64,000 nt of DNA from an uncultured Thermoplasmatales archaeon (GTDB taxonomy: Archaea > Thermoplasmatota > E2 > UBA202 > DSCA01). A model generated the notes under the pieces. That model was not told where the DNA came from, did no database searches, and saw only the letters and a list, made by a program, of their open reading frames with translations. Where the stretch lies: positions 1 to 64,000 of the forward strand of contig CAZESS010000010.1 of assembly GCA_964514975.1 (NCBI GenBank). The letters are read 5' to 3'. A program made the translations under genes and the position numbers. Below, piece by piece: positions 30,399 through 39,204 of the stretch; the first letter of the stretch is position 1; every line of letters begins with the position of its first letter.

Positions 30399-30808
30399 CG
30401 TATCGCCGCAAGCCTTCATAATATATGCCCAGCCGAGGTTTAAAATCCTCGTACTCCCTGATCGTCTGCAGAAAAATGTTGAATGTTTCCACATAGTCTT
30501 TCTGGTAGAGGACATCCCACATGGGATATGATGTCTTTTCTCACATGCAGCGGGAGATCCTGGAAGACATGGATGTCATATGCATCGCCGAGGGAGCCCG
30601 AGGCCTTCATCCTGAACTGGAATCGTTCTTCAGCCGGGCCATGATAGTACACGGCGATATCTATGTCGGATAGCGGCGTCTGCCGCTCCTCCACCCGGGA
30701 CCCATACAGGATGACGAACCGGACGCCGTCACCACCAATCCGGCATATGTGGTCAACCACGGCATCCAGACCCTGACGATGATGTATATCTTCAATCCCC
30801 GGTCTCAT
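30391..30808 (-). pseudogene. Minimal nucleotidyltransferase (MntA-like) with a 1-nt frameshift near 30519
   Basis: 'LYGS', 'SDIDIAV', 'D.HVFQDLPL'. Removing one base restores 'GDVLYQKDY...EYEDFKPRL' to TGA 30391. Confidence 0.8.
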
Positions 30809-30969
30809 TTAAACTCTTCTGTTTTTGTGGCGGTCCTCCTCTTCCAGTACCTTTTTAAAATCGTACCGCAATTGGGCGGGACGATAAAAGCCCGGGGTGC
30901 CAGCATTGGTAATCGTGATGCAGACCATCACCGAAATATGGTGGCGTTAACCAACTGTTGGCTCCGCCG

Positions 30970-31335
30970 TCATTCGATGGGGAGCTGCTTTATCCGTATT
31001 CTTCCTTCTTCAACGATTACGATCGACCCGCTTTCCAACGCTGTTTTGATACGAGGGATGACATTGGCAAGTATCTCGTTGACGTGGTCAGGAGTCGGAT
31101 TGGTAAGCCGGAGGATAATGATGGAGGGCTTTGTAGCCCTGAAATAGGCGAGTATCTCTCCAAAATCAAGGTTCATCGTTATGATAACCATGTCTTCACG
31201 GAGGGCATAGGCAAATATTTCTTTGTCCGCAGCCGTCTGCATATTGAGTTTGTCAACCCGGATAGCTTCATAGCCCTGCTGATGTAAAAACGCCTCCGTT
31301 TTTGGAGACACTGGCATGTCGAGAAGAAAATTCAT
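30970..31335 (-). CDS. DUF5615 family PIN-like protein (VapC45-like)
   Basis: 'FLLDM.VS', 'D.EI..YA', 'IIT.NLDFG', 'RI..LPI'. Confidence 0.88.
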   Translation of the reverse strand: MNFLLDMPVSPKTEAFLHQQGYEAIRVDKLNMQTAADKEIFAYALREDMVIITMNLDFGEILAYFRATKPSIIILRLTNPTPDHVNEILANVIPRIKTALESGSIVIVEEGRIRIKQLPIE

Positions 31336-31559
31336 GTGACCGTCGGCAATGTATGTTCGGAGGTCATCCAGGCGGCAAATTCGAGCGCCTGCTGGATGTC
31401 TTCTTTTTCCAGTTCGGGATAGTCATCCATGATGCTGTCGACTGTTTTCCCCGATGCCACCAGTTTGACGATAAGGGACACGGGTATCCTCATCTCTCGG
31501 ATGCAGGGCTGGCCGCCCAGCACATCTGGATGAATCGTAATCCGGGTGAACGTCTCCAT
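31332..31559 (-). CDS. DUF433 domain protein (antitoxin)
   Basis: 'RITI.P.V.GGQPCIR.MRIPV', 'DYP.L..EDI..AL.FAA'. Confidence 0.92.
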   Translation of the reverse strand: METFTRITIHPDVLGGQPCIREMRIPVSLIVKLVASGKTVDSIMDDYPELEKEDIQQALEFAAWMTSEHTLPTVT

Positions 31560-31778
31560 GTTAAAACAACGAGTCGTTTATTAAAATAGTTTTCCCAGTC
31601 CGTCAGCAGCTTTTTTCCATATATATTTAAAAGCACATGCTATTCATGGGGGCTATGAGGGCGGGGTGTCGGCATGCTTCTTCCCGGATATGGGCGTATG
31701 GCGAGGGTTGGACAGCAACGGTAGATGAATGCAGGAAATACCAAAATAGAAATATGGACGCTTTATTCATCTTATATC

Positions 31779-32972
31779 ATGAAGGCAGTGATTCTGGCAG
31801 CGGGGGAGGGCACGCGCCTCCAGCCCTTCACGGACACCAGACCAAAAGTGATGTTGCCGATATGCAACAAGCCAATCGTCGAATACGTGGTAGATGCATT
31901 ATCCGGGAACAACGTCACCGACATCGTGATGGTCGTGGGCTATAAAAAGGATAGCGTCATGCGGTATTTCGGCGGTGGACAACAGTGGGGAGTTGATATC
32001 GAATACGTGGAGCAACAAAAACAGATTGGGACCGGTCATGCACTCCTCCAGGCGGCGGAGCACGTCGATGACGAATTCCTGGTGGTAGCGGGAGACAACA
32101 TTATTGGTGCAGAGGGAATCGCCCGCATCCTTGAGAGCCACGTCGAATATGGACTGTTGATCGAGCGAAGTGAAAGCCCCTCAAAGTACGGCGTGGTGGA
32201 AAGAGAGGGGAGACGCGTATCCGCCATCAGCGAGAAACCGGTGGCAGCAAAAACGAACCTGGTGTCAACAGGCGTCTGCAAACTACAGCCGGCCATTTTC
32301 GACGAGATACGGGAGAACGTGAAGCAGGGCGAGGGCAGCCTGACCGCGGCCATACAGCATCTGATAGAAAAGGGCGAAACGGTGGCGGCGGTGGAGGGCT
32401 ACGGCGGATGGATGGACATCGTCTACCCGTGGAACGTGCTCAAGGTGAACGCATATGCGCTGCAGCGTACGACGGAACGGCAGGCTGGAACGGTGGGTCG
32501 CAACGTCGTCCTCCAGGGAGAGGTGAGTATCGGCGAGGACACCGTCATCCATCCCGGCTGCTACATCGCCGGCCCCACCGTGATAGGGGCGGGATGCGAA
32601 ATCGGCCCGAACGTCTGCATCTTTCCCTCTACGAGCATCGGCAGCGACGTGACCGTGTATCCCTTCACCGACATCCGATACAGCGTGATAATGGACGGCT
32701 GCCGTATCGGCTCGCATTCATTTATATCGCATTCGGTCGTCGGCAAGAACACGCGGCTGTCATCGCATTTCTCTGCGATGGTTGGCGACTCCGTCATAGA
32801 AATCGAGGGTGCATTTTACCGGGTCACTGACCAGGGATCGTTCATCGGGGATGGCTGCCGTATCGGGCAGCAGGTCGTGGTGGCGCCGGGCAGGACGATC
32901 GGCACCGGCTGCCTCATCGGACCGCTCAACGTGATGGAGAGAGACGTGCCGAAAGAGAGCAGCGTGATGTGA
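31779..32972 (+). CDS. glmU: Bifunctional sugar-1-phosphate nucleotidyltransferase/acetyltransferase (GlmU-like)
   Basis: 'ILAAGEGTRL.P.T..RPK', 'GTGHA', hexapeptide-repeat C-terminus. Confidence 0.85.
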   Translation: MKAVILAAGEGTRLQPFTDTRPKVMLPICNKPIVEYVVDALSGNNVTDIVMVVGYKKDSVMRYFGGGQQWGVDIEYVEQQKQIGTGHALLQAAEHVDDEFLVVAGDNIIGAEGIARILESHVEYGLLIERSESPSKYGVVEREGRRVSAISEKPVAAKTNLVSTGVCKLQPAIFDEIRENVKQGEGSLTAAIQHLIEKGETVAAVEGYGGWMDIVYPWNVLKVNAYALQRTTERQAGTVGRNVVLQGEVSIGEDTVIHPGCYIAGPTVIGAGCEIGPNVCIFPSTSIGSDVTVYPFTDIRYSVIMDGCRIGSHSFISHSVVGKNTRLSSHFSAMVGDSVIEIEGAFYRVTDQGSFIGDGCRIGQQVVVAPGRTIGTGCLIGPLNVMERDVPKESSVM

Positions 32973-34765
32973 TGTGCGGTATTACGGGCTACGTCGGATA
33001 TCGGCAGGCGTCACAGGTGCTCCTCGACTGTCTGAAACGACTTGAATACCGGGGATATGACTCGGCGGGCATCTGCGTCGCAGAAGATGGACTATCCGTG
33101 GTCAAACGGGTCGGAGAGATACGGCACCTTGAAGAGGCAATGCCCGAGATACAGGGAAACGCCGGCATCGGCCATACCAGGTGGGCGACGCACGGCGGCG
33201 TGACCAAAGAAAATGCGCATCCGCACGTCAGTTGCAGCGGCGACATCGCCATCGTTCATAACGGCATCATCGAAAACTTCGCCGCGCTGCGAGACGAGCT
33301 GGAGGCGGAGGGCCACGCGTTCGCCTCGGAGACCGATAGCGAGGTCATTGCGCACCTCATCGAGGAGGCCTACGACGGGTCGCTCGATGATGCTGTCCGG
33401 ACGGCCGTCTCTCACCTGCGGGGGTCCTATGCCCTCGTTGCCGTGGCCCGGCAGGAGCCGGATACGGTCGTTGCCGTGCGAAAGGAAAGTCCGCTGGTCG
33501 TCGGCATCGGGGACAGCGAGAACTTCATCTCCTCGGACGTGCCGGCCTTTCTCGAATACACCAGCCGGGTGATGTACCTCGAAGACGGCGAGGTGTGCGT
33601 GATCCGCCGCGACGACGTGGCGGTCAGCGATATGAACGGCCATCTTGTCGACAAGGACGTGCAGACGGTGGACTGGAGCGTCGAGAATGCCGAAAAAGGC
33701 GGCTACCGGCACTTCATGCTTAAGGAAATCCACGAGCAGCCGGCCACCATCGCCGACACGTTGCGCGGACGCATCGGGGAGATAGCGCCGCTCATTGACC
33801 TCAACGGGCTGCCGGTCGACGACGTCGACAGCGTCACCATCGTCGCCTGCGGCACCTCGTATTATGCCGGGATGGTCGGCAAATATCTGCTGGAGGAACT
33901 CGCGGATCTGCCGGTCATAACCGAGCTCTCGTCGGAGTACCGGTACTTCGGCGCGAAGCGCGGACTCGTGGTTGCCGTCAGCCAGTCGGGCGAGACGGCC
34001 GATACCCTGGGGGCGGTACAGGCGGCGCAACGGCAGGGATGCCGCACGCTGGCCGTCACGAACGTTGAGGGGAGCACCATCACCAGAATCGCCGATGCCG
34101 TCATGCTCACCCGGTGCGGCCCTGAAATCGGTGTGGCGGCCACCAAGACGTTTACGGCGCAGGTGGCGACGCTCATGCTGCTCGGGCTGTACATCGGGCT
34201 TGAACGTGGAGTGCTCACTGAAGACGAAATGCACGAATACGCCACCTGTCTCAGGGACGTCCCGGCGGCGCTCGAGCAGGTGCTCGACAGAGATGACATC
34301 GTCGACGTGGCGGCGTGGCTGCAGGACTACGACAGCATCTTCTACATCGGGCGGGGACGGGACTACCCGCTGGCGCTCGAAGGAGCGTTGAAGCTCAAGG
34401 AGATATCATACATCCATGCGGAAGGCTTTGCAGCCGGGGAGTTGAAGCATGGGCCGTTCGCGTTGCTCACCGAGGAGACGCCGGTGGTGGCCATCGTGAC
34501 CCCCGGCCAGGTATATGACAAAATGATAGCCAACATCGGGGAAATCAAGGCCCGGGATGCACCGGTGGTGGCCATCGCACCGGACGACGACACGGAGATA
34601 GACAAGTACGCCGACCATGTCATCCGCTATCCGGCAACACCGGAAATCGTCGGCTGTTTCCCCATCGCCGTGGCCCTGCAGCTGCTGGCCTACCACGTGG
34701 CAGACCGGAGGGGCTGCTCTATTGATAAACCCCGCAATCTCGCGAAATCAGTGACCGTGGAGTGA
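32972..34765 (+). CDS. glmS: Glutamine--fructose-6-phosphate aminotransferase
   Basis: 'MCGI', 'LEYRGYDSAG', 'GHTRWATHG', 'SQSGETADT', 'PRNLAKSVTVE'. Confidence 0.98.
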   Translation: MCGITGYVGYRQASQVLLDCLKRLEYRGYDSAGICVAEDGLSVVKRVGEIRHLEEAMPEIQGNAGIGHTRWATHGGVTKENAHPHVSCSGDIAIVHNGIIENFAALRDELEAEGHAFASETDSEVIAHLIEEAYDGSLDDAVRTAVSHLRGSYALVAVARQEPDTVVAVRKESPLVVGIGDSENFISSDVPAFLEYTSRVMYLEDGEVCVIRRDDVAVSDMNGHLVDKDVQTVDWSVENAEKGGYRHFMLKEIHEQPATIADTLRGRIGEIAPLIDLNGLPVDDVDSVTIVACGTSYYAGMVGKYLLEELADLPVITELSSEYRYFGAKRGLVVAVSQSGETADTLGAVQAAQRQGCRTLAVTNVEGSTITRIADAVMLTRCGPEIGVAATKTFTAQVATLMLLGLYIGLERGVLTEDEMHEYATCLRDVPAALEQVLDRDDIVDVAAWLQDYDSIFYIGRGRDYPLALEGALKLKEISYIHAEGFAAGELKHGPFALLTEETPVVAIVTPGQVYDKMIANIGEIKARDAPVVAIAPDDDTEIDKYADHVIRYPATPEIVGCFPIAVALQLLAYHVADRRGCSIDKPRNLAKSVTVE

Positions 34766-34769
34766 AACC

Positions 34770-36074
34770 ATGTTTGGCACATCAGGAATAAGAGGAATCG
34801 CAAACGAGGAGGTAACCGCCGAGCTGGCCCTCCGGGTGGGAAACGCCTGCGGGTCACGCCACGATAGCATCGTCATCGGCCACGACCCCCGCACGTCAAG
34901 CAAGATGCTCCAGAGCGCTGTCACGGCGGGAGCCCTGGCCGCCGGGGCCATGGTGACCGATGCTGGCCTGGTGTCGACGCCGACGCTGGCGCATGCCGCC
35001 CGACGGCATGACCTTGGAGTGATGATAACGGCGTCGCACAACCCGCCGGAATACAACGGCATCAAGCTTTTCAATCCAGATGGCTCCGGTTTTTCCATCG
35101 AACAGTCCACCAAAATCGAAGCGGCGATGGAGCATCCGTGTCGGGTGCCCTGGAACGAGATTAAAGATGTGGAGGTCTGCCATGACACGATTGATGAACA
35201 CGTGGCGGTCATCCTTGATGACGTCGACCAGGTGCAGCAGCCATTCAAGGTCGTCGTTGACTGCGGCTCCGGCGCCACGGGAACGATAACACCCTTTTTG
35301 CTCCGGGAGCTGGGCTGCACCGTGGTGGCGTTGAACGCGCAGCCGGACGGGTTTTTCCCGGCGCATGACCCGGAACCGACGCCCGAGAACCTCGGGGAGC
35401 TGATGCAGCTTGTCGCCGGCAGCGACGCGGATCTGGGATTGGCGCATGACTGCGACGGCGACCGCGTGGTCGCCGTGACCGCCGACGGTGTCTACGTACC
35501 AAACGACCGGCTGCTGGCTCTGCTGGCCCGGCATGTCTGCCCCGAGGGTACCATTGCGGTGCCGGTGGACACTTCGCTGACCGTGGATGCGGCATTGCCC
35601 GATGCCACGGTAACGCGGACCAGGGTCGGCGACATCTACATCTCGGCGTGGCTCAAAAAAAATGATGGGGGCTTCGGCGGGGAGCCGTCGGGGACCTATG
35701 TGTTCCCCTCGTTTTCCTACTGTCCGGATGGCGTCTATGCGGCTGCCGTCATCGCGTCGCTGGCCGCCGAAACGTCGCTTGCCGACGAGCTGGCGGACAT
35801 GCCCGGCTACGAGCTCCGGCGGGGCACCGTGTCCTCCTCTCGGGAGCGGATACTGGAGGGCATGACGGATATCGAAGACGAGATGGAACAGCTCGACGCC
35901 GACGAGATATCCACGGTGGACGGCATCCGGGTTGCCTGGGACGACCGATGGGCGCTGGTCAGGCCGTCGGGCACCGAACCCAAGGTCCGGGTGACGGTTG
36001 AAGCGGAAACACAGGAGCAGGCGGGCGAGGTCTACCAGCGGCTCATAGACCTGGTCAGGAGGTGTGTCACATGA
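34770..36074 (+). CDS. glmM: Phosphoglucosamine mutase (phosphohexomutase)
   Basis: 'FGTSGIRG', 'TASHNP', 'DCDGDR', 'RPSGTEP'. Confidence 0.92.
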   Translation: MFGTSGIRGIANEEVTAELALRVGNACGSRHDSIVIGHDPRTSSKMLQSAVTAGALAAGAMVTDAGLVSTPTLAHAARRHDLGVMITASHNPPEYNGIKLFNPDGSGFSIEQSTKIEAAMEHPCRVPWNEIKDVEVCHDTIDEHVAVILDDVDQVQQPFKVVVDCGSGATGTITPFLLRELGCTVVALNAQPDGFFPAHDPEPTPENLGELMQLVAGSDADLGLAHDCDGDRVVAVTADGVYVPNDRLLALLARHVCPEGTIAVPVDTSLTVDAALPDATVTRTRVGDIYISAWLKKNDGGFGGEPSGTYVFPSFSYCPDGVYAAAVIASLAAETSLADELADMPGYELRRGTVSSSRERILEGMTDIEDEMEQLDADEISTVDGIRVAWDDRWALVRPSGTEPKVRVTVEAETQEQAGEVYQRLIDLVRRCVT

Positions 36075-37276
36075 AAGCCGTCATCCTGGCCGCCGGCGAA
36101 GGAAAGCGCATGCACCCGTTGACGTATACGCAGCCCAAGGTCATGCTGCCCGTGGCCGGCCGGCCGCTGCTGGAATGGAATCTGCTCCGGGCACGGGAGG
36201 CGGGCATCGAGGACATCTTGTTCGTCGTCGGCTACAAGAGCGAGCGGGTGCGGGACTATTTTGGTGACGGCAGCCGATGGAACGTCGACATCGAATACGT
36301 CAACCAGGGCGAGCCCAGGGGGACGGGCCACGCCGTTGCGCAGGTCCAGTCTTTCGTCGACGACTTTTTGGTGCTGTGCGGGGACACCGTTGTCGGCGCC
36401 GGGGACATCAAAAAAATGATGCAGCAGGACCTGGCGATGGGCCTCACCGAGGTGGCGGACGCCAGCGAGTACGGCGCCGTCGAGCTGCAAAACAGCAGCG
36501 TCATAGCGATACATGAAAAGATAGCCCAACCTGTCTCGACGGTCATCAACGCGGGCGTATACCATTTCACCGGCATCATCTTTGACTACCTGAAGCGAAT
36601 AGACAGGTCGCCCCGTGGCGAATACGAGCTCACCGACGCCATCAACCTGCTCGCCACAGAGCAGTCCATGGACGGCATAAGAATGGAGGAATGGCGGGAC
36701 GTCGGATACCCCTGGGATCTGCTGGACGCCAACCGGGACATGCTCGCGGCGATGGACGGCGACATCAAGGGACATGTCGAGGGACATGCGACGCTGGAGG
36801 GAAACGTGCACGTCGGCGAAAACACCCGGGTGATGAACGGGGCATACGTCCAAGGCCCCGTCTACATTGGCAAGGACTGCACAATCGGGCCCAACTGCCA
36901 TATCCGGCCGGCGACGTCAATCGGCAATGGCTGCCACGTGGGCAACGCCTGCGAAATCAAAAACAGCATCGTCATATCGGACAGCAACGTTCCCCACCAC
37001 AACTATGTTGGTGACAGTGTCATCGGACGCGGCTGCAACCTGGGCTCGGGCACCAAGATCGCCAACCTCCGCCTCGACAAAAACAATATCACGGTGACCC
37101 AGAACGGAAAAAAAGTGCACACCGGGCGACGGAAGCTCGGCGCCATCGTCGGCGACAACGTGCAGACCGGCGTCAACGCCATGCTCAACGTGGGCACCCT
37201 TGTCGGCAACAGCGTGTTCATTGGGCCGGGAGCACTCGGACAGGGCGAGATTGCCCCTCGCTCAAAAATACTGTAA
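36071..37276 (+). CDS. glmU: Bifunctional GlmU (archaeal type)
   Basis: 'ILAAGEG.RM.PLT..PK', 'SPRGEYELTDA', 'HHNYVGDS', 'GRRKLGA'. Confidence 0.92.
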   Translation: MKAVILAAGEGKRMHPLTYTQPKVMLPVAGRPLLEWNLLRAREAGIEDILFVVGYKSERVRDYFGDGSRWNVDIEYVNQGEPRGTGHAVAQVQSFVDDFLVLCGDTVVGAGDIKKMMQQDLAMGLTEVADASEYGAVELQNSSVIAIHEKIAQPVSTVINAGVYHFTGIIFDYLKRIDRSPRGEYELTDAINLLATEQSMDGIRMEEWRDVGYPWDLLDANRDMLAAMDGDIKGHVEGHATLEGNVHVGENTRVMNGAYVQGPVYIGKDCTIGPNCHIRPATSIGNGCHVGNACEIKNSIVISDSNVPHHNYVGDSVIGRGCNLGSGTKIANLRLDKNNITVTQNGKKVHTGRRKLGAIVGDNVQTGVNAMLNVGTLVGNSVFIGPGALGQGEIAPRSKIL

Positions 37277-37297
37277 TAAAGCCGCGGAGGGGGAACA

Positions 37298-37928
37298 TCA
37301 TGGAATCCGCTCAGAAAACAGCCATTTCAACACGATGAAAAGCTGTTTGAAATGCTCCCAGGCAATCCGTCGCCGTTTATCTATATCTTTGTTTATCACT
37401 TCCATGTCGGTTACTCTGGCACCATGCGACCGTGCTTCCAGAACGAAAACGCCGCAGGTGCAGGCTCCTGCCAGCTCAAGTTTCCGGGTAAGGATGTTTC
37501 GTATCGCCCGGTAGCCGGTGCCGCAGTCTGCTGTCCGCACCCGATAGTTGGTCAGATAATTGATAACCCGCTCCGACGGGCGAGGAATGTTTTTCCTCAC
37601 TCCAAGGACGACATCTGCCCTGTCGTTTTCGATAGGCTGTACCAGCCGGGGAATATAGCGGGAGGTCATGTTCGCCGTCGGCGTCAAGGGTGACGATGAT
37701 ATCCTGTTCTGCTTCGCGAAATCCTTTTTTGAGACAGGAGATATATCCCTGCCGTGTGGGGTTGCATATAACCCGGCCAAAACGGTGTGCAATCGATGCG
37801 GTGTCATCGGTGCTGTGATCGTCAATGACGATGATTTCATCGACGTAACGACCCGTCTCCTGGAGGACTGGTGCAATCCTTTCTGCCTCGTTATGGGCGG
37901 GTATGACCGCGGAAATCTTACTGGCCAT
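37298..37928 (-). pseudogene. GT2 (DPM1-like) glycosyltransferase split by a 1-nt frameshift near 37663
   Basis: 'VIPAHNE', 'DDHSTD', 'DADGEHD' in one frame; 'RYIPRLV.PI....ADVVLG.R' in another. Could be a sequencing error. Confidence 0.8.
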
Positions 37929-38883
37929 ACGGATTGTGCTGGATGAACCATGTGACTGTTTCGGCTATACCTGCTGAAAGAGGAACGGAGGGCCTGTATC
38001 CAAGTATCTTTTCAGCTTTGCTGATGTCGGCATAGTTGCGATAGATTTCTCCCTTTCTCGCTGGCTCGTAGTAGGGGTCAGCCACGGTGTAGCCATGGGG
38101 CTCCATCTCTTCTGTTATCATGTGATACAGGGTGTTTATGGTTGTTTCTGTCCCCGTTGCTATCTGAAAGAGTTCAAACCGGTTGGGGAGTTCCTCGGTC
38201 AAGGCCAGATAGATAGCTCTGGCGATGTCACGGGCATGAATGAAATCCCTGGTCTGGTCTCCGTCGCCATAGATGGCCACTCGCTCATTTCGAAGCATTT
38301 GCCTGAGAAATTTGGCGACCACGCTACCCTTCGTATATGAATGCGGCCCGTAGACGTTGGAGAACCGCAGGGCTACTGTGTCAAGGTCGTATGAGCCGGC
38401 AAAAGCGCTGCAGTATCCCTCTCCAGCGAGCTTGCTGGCTCCGTATGGGGATAACGGCCGGGGTGGTTTTTTTTCGTCCAGGGGCGGTGTCTGCTCGCCC
38501 AGGGGAGCTGCCGAGGAGGCCTGCACCAGCCGGGTAATGTTTCCCTCTGCTGCTTCTGTGAGCACGTTGAGCAGGCCAAATATGTTTATGTCTGCGTCTT
38601 CAAATGGGTCTTCTACGGATGGGATAACGCCGACCTGCGCCGCCAGGTTTACCAGATATGTGCTGCCCTGCAGGGCATCCGCTACAGTCTCCCTGTCGCG
38701 GATGTCTCCTTTGAGAAATGTTATCCTTTCAGGGGAAAATCCGTCAAGGTGTTCCAGGTTTTCTTTGCTGCCGCTGCTGAGGTTGTCCAAGATGATGATA
38801 TGCCAGTCGGTACTGGAAAGCAGATGCTCGGTGAGGTTGAGGCCGATAAACCCGCATCCCCCGGTTATGGTAATCTGGGTCAT
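37918..38883 (-). CDS. NAD-dependent epimerase/dehydratase (UDP-hexose 4-epimerase-like)
   Basis: 'TGGCGFIG', 'SPYGASK', 'NVYGP', 'GDG.QTRDF'. Confidence 0.92.
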   Translation of the reverse strand: MTQITITGGCGFIGLNLTEHLLSSTDWHIIILDNLSSGSKENLEHLDGFSPERITFLKGDIRDRETVADALQGSTYLVNLAAQVGVIPSVEDPFEDADINIFGLLNVLTEAAEGNITRLVQASSAAPLGEQTPPLDEKKPPRPLSPYGASKLAGEGYCSAFAGSYDLDTVALRFSNVYGPHSYTKGSVVAKFLRQMLRNERVAIYGDGDQTRDFIHARDIARAIYLALTEELPNRFELFQIATGTETTINTLYHMITEEMEPHGYTVADPYYEPARKGEIYRNYADISKAEKILGYRPSVPLSAGIAETVTWFIQHNPYGQ

Positions 38884-38884
38884 G

Positions 38885-39193
38885 TTACATCACACGTTGC
38901 AGCATTGCTTCCAGCTGTTCGGGGGATTTGGCTCCGACTGCCCGTTCCACGATGTCGCCGTCCTTGAAGATAAGATACGCGGGAACACCCAGTATATCGT
39001 ATTCCGTGGCGATGCCCGGGTTGCGGTCGATGTTGATTTTCGCGACGTGCAGCCGGTCGTCATATTTTTCAGCCAGCTGGCCGAGAACGTGTTTTTGCTG
39101 CTGGCAGGGAGGACACCATGAGCCCCAGAACTCGACCATCACGGGTCGGTCGGAGTGCAGGAGCTCTTTCAGTTTCTTTTTTGTGACCTCCAT
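38885..39193 (-). CDS. trxA: Thioredoxin
   Basis: 'FWGSWCPPC', cis-Pro 'GVP'. Confidence 0.92.
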   Translation of the reverse strand: MEVTKKKLKELLHSDRPVMVEFWGSWCPPCQQQKHVLGQLAEKYDDRLHVAKINIDRNPGIATEYDILGVPAYLIFKDGDIVERAVGAKSPEQLEAMLQRVM

Positions 39194-39204
39194 GGCGTTC
39201 ACCG

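Noticed and set aside
30809-30960. Possible C-terminal gene fragment (…YDFKKVLEEEDRHKNRRV*) abutting the MNT start
   Set aside because: Too short to assign to any family.
26520-31580. Integron-like cassette array or CRISPR array
   Set aside because: No recurring attC-like or regularly spaced repeat between modules, and no integrase or cas gene. No CRISPR array was seen anywhere in the window.
31779-37276. Two glmU paralogs flanking glmS-glmM
   Set aside because: A common arrangement in euryarchaea, not novel.
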